Numbered from the stretch's first letter, positions 41,248 to 51,543 are shown. The stretch: DNA of 64,000 nt from a virus (IMGVR_UViG_3300050120_000121:35905-99904), one strand, 5' to 3'. The notes: generated by a model not told the origin, from the sequence alone. Program-made: numbers and translations.

Positions 41248-41610
41248 TTATTGCTTTGGTTGAGGAGTCCCGAGCCTGATGAATTCGTCGATGTCGTAAT
41301 ATCTTCGTTCTGTCGACTCGTGGGAGAAATTAATGACGGCATGTTTGTACCCCGCAGTTCTCAGGAAATCGGCCATGTTCACGAGATCTGATGCTGAATG
41401 GATTGAATGAGTCTTAAACGCACTGGGATCATCTAAGCCACTGATGAATGCGTTTGCCAATTGGATATCCTTGAAAACTATGAAGGATGGGCCTTTGGGG
41501 CCGGGAATCCGATAAATCGCATGCTCGACACCGAATTGCGAAGCGGAAAACGCATGAATCACTGTCCAGACTGGATAGTTTGGGAAAACGATCAGTTCAT
41601 CGACTTGCAT
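41248..41610 (-). CDS. Hypothetical cargo protein
   Basis: GGGAG RBS; globular 120-aa ORF. Confidence 0.6.
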   Translation of the reverse strand: MQVDELIVFPNYPVWTVIHAFSASQFGVEHAIYRIPGPKGPSFIVFKDIQLANAFISGLDDPSAFKTHSIHSASDLVNMADFLRTAGYKHAVINFSHESTERRYYDIDEFIRLGTPQPKQ

Positions 41611-41772
41611 TGCACAAACTCCCAATTGACGGCCGCTCGGGAGTTGTTACGATGACCAGCAACCACGCTTGGACATCGTTCTCCCAAGAACGAAAGAACG
41701 CGACGGATTCCAATCCGTCGCGTTTCTCATTGTCGCGTGTCACTCGTGAACTGCAAGAGGATTTGCGTTCGA

Positions 41773-42195
41773 TTATTTCCGAAGTCTCTTCAGAGCGACG
41801 TTTGTGCTGTACTCAATATCTGAGTAGCCCGTCGCGATACGCTCTCTCCATTCTTGCTTTTTTGCATCTTGTGCTGGTCCGACTCGTGAAATGAAATCGT
41901 AATTCCCGGCAATAAGTGAGAGGTTTTCATGGATCAATTTCATGTGGTCATGAACGAACTTTAGATTTGCATCGTATCGAATGTCCGGCACATCGCTGCA
42001 CGACGATTTCAATTCGCGGGCCATTTTTTCGCACCACTGCGATTGTTCCATTCTTTTGCAGGAAGCGATCTTGTCGGGAATGGAATTGAGGTAATCGTTC
42101 GCGGCCGCGCGGAATGACTTCTCACGCAATTGCGATTCCGATGGTGAACATCCGAGTGCACCGAGTGCAAGAATCGAAACTAAAATCATCTTCAT
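41773..42195 (-). CDS. Putative lipoprotein (cargo)
   Basis: MKMILVSILALGALG|C lipobox. Confidence 0.65.
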   Translation of the reverse strand: MKMILVSILALGALGCSPSESQLREKSFRAAANDYLNSIPDKIASCKRMEQSQWCEKMARELKSSCSDVPDIRYDANLKFVHDHMKLIHENLSLIAGNYDFISRVGPAQDAKKQEWRERIATGYSDIEYSTNVALKRLRK

Positions 42196-42280
42196 GATGA
42201 GCAGTCCAAAATTGAAAAGTCGCATCGGTCTGCCACAAGGCTACCGATGCGACGTGGGAAAGTTCAATCGTCTCTTGTTA

Positions 42281-43501
42281 TCAGCAGGATAGAAGGTTCG
42301 CCTCCAGTCCGTGTTCGTACATTTCGTGAATCAGAACCGACAGATTGTGGCAGAGAAGTTTGCATAACACTTCGTTCCGCATGGCCACGTCAGTCTTGCT
42401 GCGAACCGCATCGCCGAACTTCCGCTTGACGGCTGAAAAGACGGATTCGACATTGCTTCGACGATGGTACTTTTCCAGAAATCTCTCGCGGTTCAATGAA
42501 AAGAAATGGAACGCTTTTTGGAACAACCCACCGCTGCCGCCAGTCGTTCCAGAACGAAATGTGATGTAGGCTTCGGCACCATGACTCGCGACCGATTGGA
42601 AGTTGTTTTCGGAGGCATATTGCTTGTCGCCGGAAACCTGCCTCATCGTGAAGTTCTTCGCCGTCTGGGCGAGTAGTTCGGGCATGATTGGGGAATCGTT
42701 GGAATTCTTGTCGTAGATCGCGACGGCGGTCACAATGTGCGTTTTGGTCCCGCTGCAAATGTGGGCTTTCGTCCAAGTGTGTTCCGTGCAGAACTTTCCA
42801 TATTTCACGTCGAACCATCGCGTGAACTTGCTGGACGTGAAGCCCGACGAATCGCAGGCGAACTCATCTTCGATTTCTCTCAGGGGCAACGACGATCGGA
42901 CAATCAGATCGGTCAGGATTGGCGTCAACGCAGGATTTTCGAGATATCGGCAAATCGAGTTGTAGGCCATCGTTTTCGAGACGAACCCCTTCGCTTTGGC
43001 TTCTTCCATGTCAACCATGAATCGTCGGGTCGATACCGTCGAGAAGATCTTGAAGACACAGGCAAATAGTGCGTCGCTGATGGGAACGGGCGGACGACCT
43101 TTCATGTTGTGAATCGGTTCCGTCACACCTTGACAGAGATCGCGAAGCAATACCTGAAAATGCCGTTTTTCGTTGGTTTGTGCCTTGTTGTAACTGGGCC
43201 AGTCTTGTGGGAACGTCGGCTTTTTCACTGTTTCAGTGATAGTCACGGTTCGCGTCGTGGTGGTTTCCGTTTCGGTCACGGTAGTTTCTCGACGAATGAC
43301 GATTTCGACCGCGTACAAATGTTTGCACGTTTTGCCGGTCGCTTCGAAATCAGGGCACGAACAGAACGGGGCTTGGGGATCGGGAACGCAGGTGTATTTC
43401 CCGCTTCCGCTCTGTGAAGGAACGAGCCACGCTTTCCCCTTCTGAATCAATTTGGCTGTTGCAGCGATCAGGATTCCGCGTTGTTGACGTTGTTCGCACA
43501 T
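42281..43501 (-). CDS. DDE transposase (IS5/IS903-like core) with N-terminal SWIM zinc finger
   Basis: CSCPD...CKH SWIM; W..YN.A, DSSG, KAH, GDKQY, YHRRSNVE..FS..K..FG. Confidence 0.88.
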   Translation of the reverse strand: MCEQRQQRGILIAATAKLIQKGKAWLVPSQSGSGKYTCVPDPQAPFCSCPDFEATGKTCKHLYAVEIVIRRETTVTETETTTTRTVTITETVKKPTFPQDWPSYNKAQTNEKRHFQVLLRDLCQGVTEPIHNMKGRPPVPISDALFACVFKIFSTVSTRRFMVDMEEAKAKGFVSKTMAYNSICRYLENPALTPILTDLIVRSSLPLREIEDEFACDSSGFTSSKFTRWFDVKYGKFCTEHTWTKAHICSGTKTHIVTAVAIYDKNSNDSPIMPELLAQTAKNFTMRQVSGDKQYASENNFQSVASHGAEAYITFRSGTTGGSGGLFQKAFHFFSLNRERFLEKYHRRSNVESVFSAVKRKFGDAVRSKTDVAMRNEVLCKLLCHNLSVLIHEMYEHGLEANLLSC

Positions 43502-43754
43502 GGTGAAGCCTCTTTCCCTTTGAGGCGTTCCCGGTAGAATGTTCGCTGGTAGGTCGCATTCAGTGGAAACGCTGTTTGTGATTCCGTCCCTGATTCGATT
43601 CGTAGTCGAGTCAGGGATTTTTTATTGGCCATTGCCAACACGAGCAAGCATACTGATGATTCTAAAACATTTCAACTAATGCTTGCTAGGGAATGCATTA
43701 TTTGTTAAACTTTTTTCGTTGACGATGCATACTCACGAAAACAGGAGCGGTATC

Positions 43755-44807
43755 ATGAAAAAGAAAGAATCCAGCGAACACGCCAAAGCCTTGTCATCAC
43801 TCGGGGCATCCAAGGGAGGGAAGGCTCGTTCAGCGAATCTCACTGACGAGCAGAAATCAGAGATTGCCTCAAAGGCAGCCAAAGCAAGATGGGGTGACAA
43901 ACTGCCGACCGCCACACACGGCGATGACGAGCATCCATTGCGAATTGGCGATACCGAAATCGGTTGCTACGTGCTCGACAACGGGGAGCGTGTGATTTCC
44001 CAGCGGGCATTGCAGGGAAGCATCGGAATGAACGCTAGTGGTGGTGCGCAGCGACTGATACGTATTTTGGCTACATTTTCAGCTAAGGGTATTGACACAA
44101 AGGACTTAAGCTCGCGTATCCGCGATCCAATAAAATTCAAGACTCCAACTGGTCCAATTGCCCACGGATATTCTGCAAATGTGTTGGCGGACATCTGTTC
44201 CGTCATAAATACGGCAGCCCGTGCTGGAATTCTTCAAAGCCAACAAAAGCATATTGCAGATCAATGCCAGATACTTTGGGATGGATTTGCTGTCGTCGGA
44301 TTAATTGCGTTAATCGACGAGGCAACTGGATATCAATACGACCGTGCCAGAACCGCATTGGCCGAAATTCTGACTGCCTTCTTGAAGGGGTCGCTCGGTG
44401 AATGGGCCAAGCGATTCGACGACGATTTTTACAAGGAATTGTGTCGACTGAGAAACATTCCGTGGCCACCAGCTAAAAATCTGCCGTCCTATATCGGGCA
44501 TTTGACGAACGACATCGTCTATGACCGTCTGGCACCGGGTCTTTTGGAAGAACTTCAGTCAAGAAACCCAAAAACTCCACGAGGACATCGGAAGAACAAG
44601 CATCATCAATGGTTAACGGATGATATTGGACATCCGAAATTGAAGGAATATCTCGCTGCCGTGAAAGCGCTGATGAGATCCTGCGACGATTGGCCAGATT
44701 TCCATAAGCGACTCGACCGAGCGTTCCCGAAATTCGACCTGTCGGCATTGGATATTCCAGACAATGTCATCATGATCGAAGCCGAGAAGAAGGCGGACGA
44801 GACTTGA
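43755..44807 (+). CDS. P63C-domain protein with N-terminal KGG..R...L...IA.KAA.ARW segment
   Basis: CYVL.NG.RVISQ, VG.IALIDEATGYQ.DR, W.KRF...FY, TN.IVY.RLAPG, HQWLT...G.P.L. Confidence 0.88.
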   Translation: MKKKESSEHAKALSSLGASKGGKARSANLTDEQKSEIASKAAKARWGDKLPTATHGDDEHPLRIGDTEIGCYVLDNGERVISQRALQGSIGMNASGGAQRLIRILATFSAKGIDTKDLSSRIRDPIKFKTPTGPIAHGYSANVLADICSVINTAARAGILQSQQKHIADQCQILWDGFAVVGLIALIDEATGYQYDRARTALAEILTAFLKGSLGEWAKRFDDDFYKELCRLRNIPWPPAKNLPSYIGHLTNDIVYDRLAPGLLEELQSRNPKTPRGHRKNKHHQWLTDDIGHPKLKEYLAAVKALMRSCDDWPDFHKRLDRAFPKFDLSALDIPDNVIMIEAEKKADET

Positions 44808-44878
44808 ATCGCGTGGCGAAACCGTTTATGGAACAGACTCAAGACTTGTGGAACAAACGGGACTTATGAGGCAAAGCC

Positions 44879-44949
44879 CACCAAGCGACGTGCCGATCCA
44901 CCGGCAAGAGGTCGCCATTCGAATACAGGCGGAGAAGGAATCGAAATAA
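44879..44949 (+). pseudogene. csrA: csrA 3' part
   Basis: PSDVPIHRQEVAIRIQAEKESK* restores the canonical AP..V.IHR.E C-terminus. Confidence 0.92.
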
Positions 44950-44968
44950 ACTTTCGGAATTCTGCGAG

Positions 44969-45064
44969 AATAGTATTGACGAAACAAAACAACGTCGATA
45001 CTATCTCTCGTGTGACGTGTGCGAAACGTTGCGGCTCTTAACTCTTGCGAAAGACGAAAACATG
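44969..45064 (+). promoter_or_regulatory. 96-bp promoter-leader-start module, copy B
   Basis: TTGACG(44976)-17-TACTAT(44999); near-identical to 28961-29056. Confidence 0.88.
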
Positions 45065-45394
45065 TCCAATCTGCGAAATCTACGATGCCTGCACGAAACC
45101 GCGTCCGAGATGCTGCAATGCTACGGTCGACGATCAGGCATCACGAATGAATCCTGGTGGCTGGATTACAATGACGACGCGATTCTGAGCTCGAAGTTTG
45201 AACGCAAATATCATACGCCAGCGGGTCGCTTGTCGTCAGGCTGGCGAATCTGCATGGTCGATCAGGACGGCGATGATTGCTGGTACGAAATTGACGAAGT
45301 TGCCGTCTGTCGCGTGATCTATGCGATTACGGTGGGAGCGGACTTGGATATCATCCGCGAATCGTTGGAAGACTTCCGCGTGAGCGACGACGAG

Positions 45395-45453
45395 TAATCT
45401 GACAACCACACGGGCGGGACAGACACCGCCCCCTTCTGAGGGACGCGACAATG
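45395..45453 (+). repeat. Stop-hairpin-RBS-start spacer, copy 1
   Basis: TAATCTGACA...GGGCGG-GACAGACA-CCGCCC...CGCGACAATG. Confidence 0.85.
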
Positions 45454-46020
45454 GCCATCAAAACACTCTCCGCAAAAGACGGGAAAGCCCGCTATCGCGT
45501 TTGCGTTGAAGGCAAGGGAAATGCGGCTGTCAAAGCGACCTGCGACACGCTGGACGACGTCCGCGAGTATCTGGCAGCCAATGGCACCTGGGCCTACATC
45601 GCGGCCGGAATTCAAGCCCTTGAGATCCACAAGGAGCGAGTCGCGATCCATGATCGGGATGTCGAGCACCGACCAGGATCTGGCGAGACAGTCAAGATTT
45701 TTGGCGAACTGCCAAACAGCCGCACATACACCCGCCGTACGGTCGGCGAAAATCCACGTATGACCGACTGACCACCAAACAACGGAGCCATCATGAGACG
45801 GACAATTGTATCTCGCGCTAAAATTGTTGACCTCTGCAAAAGAGCCGGATTGTCACGATTGATGATCGAGGAAATCGAGTCTGGTGCGGACGCTGATCGA
45901 TGCCGACAAATCTTCAAAAGCAACCTCAAGGACTGCCGCCCCAGCGTGCTTGTCCTGTCGGACCCGGACGCGGCGTGGGATGTCTATCACCTGCTGTACG
46001 GCGACATCACCTTCGCGGAA

Positions 46021-46080
46021 TAATCTGACACCAAACACGGGGCGGGACAGACACTGCCCCTTCTAAGGATCGCGACAATG
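46021..46080 (+). repeat. Stop-hairpin-RBS-start spacer, copy 2
   Basis: TAATCTGACA...GGGGCGG-GACAGACA-CTGCCCC...CGCGACAATG. Confidence 0.85.
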
Positions 46081-46899
46081 CTGACACAAGCCACACTGAC
46101 GACCCAGTACGATTCAGCGGATCACGGTTCGGTCGAAGTCACCGCGACGATTTCCGCGTTCGGAATCGGTATCAACAGCGTGCGTCGGAACAGCGATTGG
46201 CGGTCGGTCGAGTTGTCGGCACGAGAACAACGCGACGTGCGAAATCTTGTCGGCTGGTACGCTGAAGACGCGAGTTTGACGAACTGACAACCACGCGGGG
46301 CCGGTCAATCGGCTGGCCACTCAAACAACAAATTAAGGAACGACGAATCATGACGACTGAAAAGGCCAAACAGGTACTCGCCGACGAAATCAAACGAGCC
46401 GTGGAATTCAACCGCAGGGGCGATGTCGTGATGCGTGGCCAAGTGCTGCGAAACATCGAGGATCTACCGCTGCCGACGCGATATGTTGACGCAGCGATCA
46501 AGGCCGCGAACCTGACCTGACCACACACCGCCCGGTGATCGGGCACAACGCCAACTCAACAGGGGAATGATTATGACGACGACACAATTCGACGCACTTC
46601 CGAACGGAACCCGCGTCAAGCTGACGACCGATCCTGTTGCCGGTCGTGTCGTTCGCTCACCGGAATGGACCGCGTCGGAAATCCACTGGGATGACGGGAC
46701 GGGAATGGTTATGCGCACGGATTCTCTGGGCGCTTCCGATTGGCTGCAAGACCTCGAAGCCATCGACACGCCCATGACGGTTTCCTCGATGTGACCGCCC
46801 GACCCGCTGCTCTCCCCACTGGCTACGGCTGGTGGGGGAATATGCGGATCGCATTTCAGTTCAATCTCGCAAACTATATTTACGAATGAAGGCAAAACC

Positions 46900-47721
46900 A
46901 TGTTTGGATTTGGCAAGAAACGGCGAACGTCCGCAGAAAATACGGAAGCAAATCGCGGTCTTTACGAACGGGATGTCGAGCGGTTGCAGATATTGTTGTC
47001 AGTGGCGGAAGCTGATGTCGCTCGTCTGACCGCATGCGTGGCAGATCGAGGCGAGATTATCGTTGAGAAGTCCAAGACGATCGAAGTCTTGTCCGGCATG
47101 AAACTGATGATGGCCGATCGGGATGCGGAGATCGTCCAGATGTCAGTCCGCATGGCGAATCTGGAAAAGACGAACGCCGTTCTTCAATCGGAAAACCAAC
47201 TACTGACCGTAAAAGCCAACGAACTGGAAGTTGAACTGGCAGAAACGGAAACCGCGTATGAATTAGTTAAATCGGAAGTGGCAGCTATGCGAACCGATGT
47301 TCTTTCTTCGGAATCTCGTTCAGATCGGATTGAGAACTCATTGCGTAAAACTCATCTCGCTCTGATGTCGGTGATCGACGAAATGGAATGCCCTGAAACT
47401 GATGGCGAATTGCCAAAGGTCGAAGAGTACCTGACACGGATCGGCGATGATCTGTATCAAACGACTATGGGCCGAAGGATCGGTGATGGGATGAGTGCGG
47501 CGATTCAGAAGGCTGCGGACTTGGGCGAACAAATCGTATTCACGCACAACAGCACGTCGATAGACGTTCATCCGACAGATTGCCTGAGCGATGTTGAACG
47601 CCGATTTCAGGAACGGGCCGAGATCAATCGAAAAATCAATGCACCGTTCAACGACATTCCGAAACAGATTCCGATCTACGAAGACGGCGATGAGTGGGAC
47701 AAAGGGAGGATCGCAGACTGA
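46900..47721 (+). CDS. Coiled-coil hypothetical protein
   Basis: Long heptad L/E/K region. Confidence 0.65.
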   Translation: MFGFGKKRRTSAENTEANRGLYERDVERLQILLSVAEADVARLTACVADRGEIIVEKSKTIEVLSGMKLMMADRDAEIVQMSVRMANLEKTNAVLQSENQLLTVKANELEVELAETETAYELVKSEVAAMRTDVLSSESRSDRIENSLRKTHLALMSVIDEMECPETDGELPKVEEYLTRIGDDLYQTTMGRRIGDGMSAAIQKAADLGEQIVFTHNSTSIDVHPTDCLSDVERRFQERAEINRKINAPFNDIPKQIPIYEDGDEWDKGRIAD

Positions 47722-47961
47722 TGACAACTCTTGAAGCGTATCTCATCGGTTCTCTCGCAGTAGTGGCAGCAGGTTGGATTCTGTGGCAGATTGGAGCCTT
47801 GAAATGACGACGTTTTGTCAAGTATCGTTGCTACTGTGTGCCGTTCTGTCGTTTGTCACGAAATCGATTCAAGCCGAGTCTGGCGAGCTACAAAAGCCTG
47901 CGAAACAGTGCGAATCCATCTGGACAGAGATCGACGAAATCATCAATCGAAAGGACGCATC

Positions 47962-48816
47962 TTGACCGAAACCAACGAACTCCCAGAAGTAATCGAAGTC
48001 GGCGGATATCCCGCAAGCGACTGGAAACCGGAGATTCAGAACTCGAAAGGATCGACGGCAATTGTTGCTGCGAACCCATTCGCGTTGATTCAGCATGCTC
48101 TTGATCGAAACGTTGACGCAGATCAGTTGGAGAAGCTCTTATCATTGCAAGAGCGATGGGAAGCAAACGAAGCTCGAAAAGCATTCATGATCGCGTTTTC
48201 AGAATGCCAAGCAAAGTTGCCAAAAGTCATTAAGAACAAAAAAAATACACATACAAACTCAATGTACCCTACGCTTGAAAGCGTGAATAGCACCTGCATC
48301 CCCGTCATCACGGAATGCGGTCTGTCGCTGTCGTTCAGCGAAATTGACATGCCGATTCCAATTCCGAACGTGGGGCGAATGAGGGCCATCCTGCGACATC
48401 GTGGCGGCTACTCGGAGGAACATCACGTCGACTTGCCGATCAGTGAACAGGGCACGGGCGGAAAGCAGGTATTCACGCCTACTCACGCCAAAGGGGCTTG
48501 GTCAACATACGCTCAACGCTATCTGACGTGCTCCATATTCTCGATTACCATCGCAGACATGGACACTGACGGCGTGGCGGCATCGCAGACGCTCAATGAG
48601 GAACAATGTTCAACGCTTCGCAAAATGGCGGAAGACTGCGAAAAACTGGGGGCATCATTTTCCGAAGCTCGATTCATGTCGTGGGTTAGTGAGGAACAGA
48701 AGAACCGCGAAAATGTGAAGGTATATGAGGACATTCAGCAACGGTTCTTTAACAAAGCCATCAAGGCTCTCGACAAAAAATACAAGGACGCTGTCGCGAA
48801 GATTGGAGGTCAGTGA
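47962..48816 (+). CDS. ERF-family single-strand annealing protein
   Basis: AF..AF...Q..LP.V.K, Y..L, GLS.SF, G...TYA.RY, D.DG. Confidence 0.85.
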   Translation: MTETNELPEVIEVGGYPASDWKPEIQNSKGSTAIVAANPFALIQHALDRNVDADQLEKLLSLQERWEANEARKAFMIAFSECQAKLPKVIKNKKNTHTNSMYPTLESVNSTCIPVITECGLSLSFSEIDMPIPIPNVGRMRAILRHRGGYSEEHHVDLPISEQGTGGKQVFTPTHAKGAWSTYAQRYLTCSIFSITIADMDTDGVAASQTLNEEQCSTLRKMAEDCEKLGASFSEARFMSWVSEEQKNRENVKVYEDIQQRFFNKAIKALDKKYKDAVAKIGGQ

Positions 48817-49478
48817 TGCGTATTTTCATGTGCGAACAGCGGTCGATTGAGTGGCTAGAGATTCGCAAAGGAATACCGACAGCAAGTCAATTTGATCGGA
48901 TTTTGTCACCCGTCAAGCAAACTCCGTCTACTTCGCAATCTGGGTACATTGATGAGTTGCTGGCCAAACGGTTTGAGCAGAGTTATGAAATCTATCAAGA
49001 GGAAGGATTTATTTCGAAGGCGATGCAGGACGGGATTGACGGCGAGCCAGCGGCAAGGGCTTGGTACTCATTTGATCGAGATGTTGACGTTCGCGAGGTT
49101 GGATTCTGCCTTTCATCGTGTGGCCGTTTTGGTTGTTCGCCCGATGGACTCGTTGAGCCAAGAGGTCTGATTGAGATCAAGAAACCTCTGCTGAAAACCC
49201 ATATCAAATGGTTGCGGGAAGGCGTCTTGCCGAATGACTACAAGTGTCAGGTTCACGGAGAACTTTTGGCAACGGAACTGGATTGGGTCGATTTCATTTC
49301 ATATTCACCATGTGAAGACTTGCCGAATCTGGTCGTGAGAGTTGTGCCGGACAAGTTCACGAAGTTGATGGACGACGAATTGCAGCGGTTTTTGGAACGG
49401 TATCAGTACGCAATGGAAAAACTCGGATTGCAGGTCAAGCGACCGATTGACACAGTGTCACCAGTAGCAGAAGTCTGA
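48813..49478 (+). CDS. YqaJ/lambda-type recombination exonuclease
   Basis: EQRS.EW...R.G.PTAS, GCSPDGLV, IEIK.P, Y..QV.G.L. Confidence 0.92.
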   Translation: MMRIFMCEQRSIEWLEIRKGIPTASQFDRILSPVKQTPSTSQSGYIDELLAKRFEQSYEIYQEEGFISKAMQDGIDGEPAARAWYSFDRDVDVREVGFCLSSCGRFGCSPDGLVEPRGLIEIKKPLLKTHIKWLREGVLPNDYKCQVHGELLATELDWVDFISYSPCEDLPNLVVRVVPDKFTKLMDDELQRFLERYQYAMEKLGLQVKRPIDTVSPVAEV

Positions 49479-50104
49479 AAGGAAACGAGATGGCGATTGT
49501 CGACAAAACGATTCTGAAGTTCGAGTTGCTTAGCGAGGACGTGCAAATTTTTATCCGTTGCGAATCAGTCATATTCATCAATTGTGACAGTGGCGACGAA
49601 ATTGAAATGACAATCGCAGAAGCTCGCGAACTGGCGAAAGCATTGGAGGAAAATGCGACAAAAGCCGAGAAGTTTGGAATAATCTCGTGATCCGAAATCA
49701 ACGATGATCCGTTACGATAGAGTAGTTGCCGTGCTGACGGCGAACTCAGCCATTGGAATGGTTCATCCAGCGAACATAGTCAAAACCCGCTTGATACCGT
49801 AAATCGAACCCTTTAGCCGTGAATGGGCATAGCAAAACCCGGACGACGGATCTGTGTGACGAGACATGGTCATAGCGGCAAGTGAATATCTGATTCGCGA
49901 ATTTAAACAGACTCATGAAAAGACTGTCGCCGATACGATGGTTAATCTGGCGGAAGTCACAAGTGAAGTGATTGCGAATCAATAGTGTTCAAACTGGAAA
50001 CGGATTTCCAATGTCTCACGTTACTTGCGGAATCGTATCGTTGGTTGCATTCGCGGCTGTTGGCGGATTGCTGAAGTGGCTACTCACGCGGTGAAAGGAA
50101 TATT

Positions 50105-50485
50105 GTGGCGAAAAAGAAATCGAGCATCAGCCCAACTCAACGGACTCTCGCTCTGTGCCGAAAGCACGGATGGACGTGTCAGACTGTGGAAAAATGGAAC
50201 GCACATGCACACATACGGCAAGACCTTTTTGGCTTCGTGGATGTTTTGTGTATGAACGGAACATCATTCATCGCGGTTCAGTCGACAACAGGAGATCATG
50301 CGGCTGAACGAATCGCGAAAATCAAACTTGAGCCGAGAGCGTTATTATGGCTCCAGACTGGCGGAAGGATATTTGTTCACGGATGGCGAAAATTGACGAA
50401 CGCCAGAAGTTGGACATGTCGAGAGATTGAACTGACGGAAGCGATGTTGAAATCGGATGCAGTGATTTTGGGGGACGTGGCATGA
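50105..50485 (+). CDS. Phage PD-(D/E)xK-type nuclease-like protein
   Basis: SPTQRTL, VEKWN, RQDLFGF.D.L, AVQ.T, VHGWRK. Confidence 0.65.
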   Translation: MAKKKSSISPTQRTLALCRKHGWTCQTVEKWNAHAHIRQDLFGFVDVLCMNGTSFIAVQSTTGDHAAERIAKIKLEPRALLWLQTGGRIFVHGWRKLTNARSWTCREIELTEAMLKSDAVILGDVA

Positions 50486-50881
50486 CCGAAGTTCAGCGCA
50501 TCGCCATTGAAGTCTACGAACTGATGAAACAGGAGGACGCGGAGGTAAAGCGGCATCTCGAAGCAATGAAATCCCTGCGAATACGACTGGCAACGATTCG
50601 AAGCAATTGCTAGCACAAACTGGAGGGATCACAAGGCGATCCAGCTGGCGGCCCAAGTCAGCATTTCTGCGAAATTTGTGGAAAGGATTTGCCGTGACTG
50701 AGCGATTAGACAATCCAGAAGAAAACGACTTCGAAGGATTCTGGGAAGATGAGATTGATGAAGTCGACCAGCAGATCGAATGCCCAGACTGCAAAGGTCA
50801 AGGCGGATTTGTGGTCACGGAAGATCATCGAACTGATTACGAAGTCTGCCTGCGATGCGGCGGTGAAGGGGTCGTTTTCGA

Positions 50882-51382
50882 ATGATAACGACCGTTCAAA
50901 ACGTTCGCGGCCAGAATCCCGAAGAATGGTTGGCCAATCCCAAAAACGTCTATTGCGGGCGATGGCAGAGACTCAGGACCGGTCGATACGCTGGTCAGCA
51001 TTGGCCGGAATCGGGACTTGGAAACCCGTTCAAATTCATGGAACTCGATCGACCTGATGAACGCCGATACAAGCTGTTCAGCTTTCTAAAATGGTTGGCG
51101 ACCGAACTAGAAACAAACATTGAGCGGCGAAACATCTTCCGAACATTACCGGGGAAGAATCTGGGATGTTGGTGCGTGAACTGGGACGGACTCAAGCAAT
51201 TGCCGATGTGCCACGCCGCATGGTTGGCGAATGTCGTGAACCTTTTGGCCGATGTTCGCGTTCTCAGCGTGGCAGTGTCAGAAAAAGGAAGTTTCGCCGC
51301 ATTGAGACGCGGAGATCGTCCGCAACTTCTGAGAAGCCATACTTACGAATGGGTTCTGTTCGATCAGAAGTGGTTAGTGTAA
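50882..51382 (+). CDS. DUF4326-like protein
   Basis: VYCGR, S.LGNPF, L.GKNLGCWC...CHA..L. Confidence 0.8.
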   Translation: MITTVQNVRGQNPEEWLANPKNVYCGRWQRLRTGRYAGQHWPESGLGNPFKFMELDRPDERRYKLFSFLKWLATELETNIERRNIFRTLPGKNLGCWCVNWDGLKQLPMCHAAWLANVVNLLADVRVLSVAVSEKGSFAALRRGDRPQLLRSHTYEWVLFDQKWLV

Positions 51383-51543
51383 ATCGTGTTTTTCAACTCT
51401 GCGAAAGGAAAGCAACTGTGACAGCGAAACTGAAGGCAGCTTTCTGAGATGGAATCTGACACTCGTTTCTGTTAAAAGCGAAAAGCCGTTCGTTGGCACG
51501 ATACGGCTTCTCTAATCACTCGACGCTTTTACGGAGCATCGCC

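Larger units (their letters stand above)
41031..44878. mobile_element. 3.85-kb cargo transposon with SWIM-DDE transposase
   Basis: 19-bp IR GGCTTTGCC(C/T)CATAAGTCC (41031-41049 / 44860-44878, 18/19 match); 9-bp target duplication CACCAAGCG (41022-41030 / 44879-44887). Confidence 0.93.
45062..46794 (+). other. Array of six small ORFs (45062-45397, 45451-45771, 45793-46023, 46078-46287, 46350-46520, 46567-46794) separated by related spacers
   Basis: Each ORF has its own RBS; spacers begin TGAC(A)(A/C)CA and most hold a GC hairpin. Confidence 0.8.

Noticed and set aside
45395-46550. CRISPR array or integron attC array
   Set aside because: Repeats are separated by whole ORFs, are degenerate, lack clear RYYYAAC/GTTRRRY ends, and no cas or integrase gene is present.
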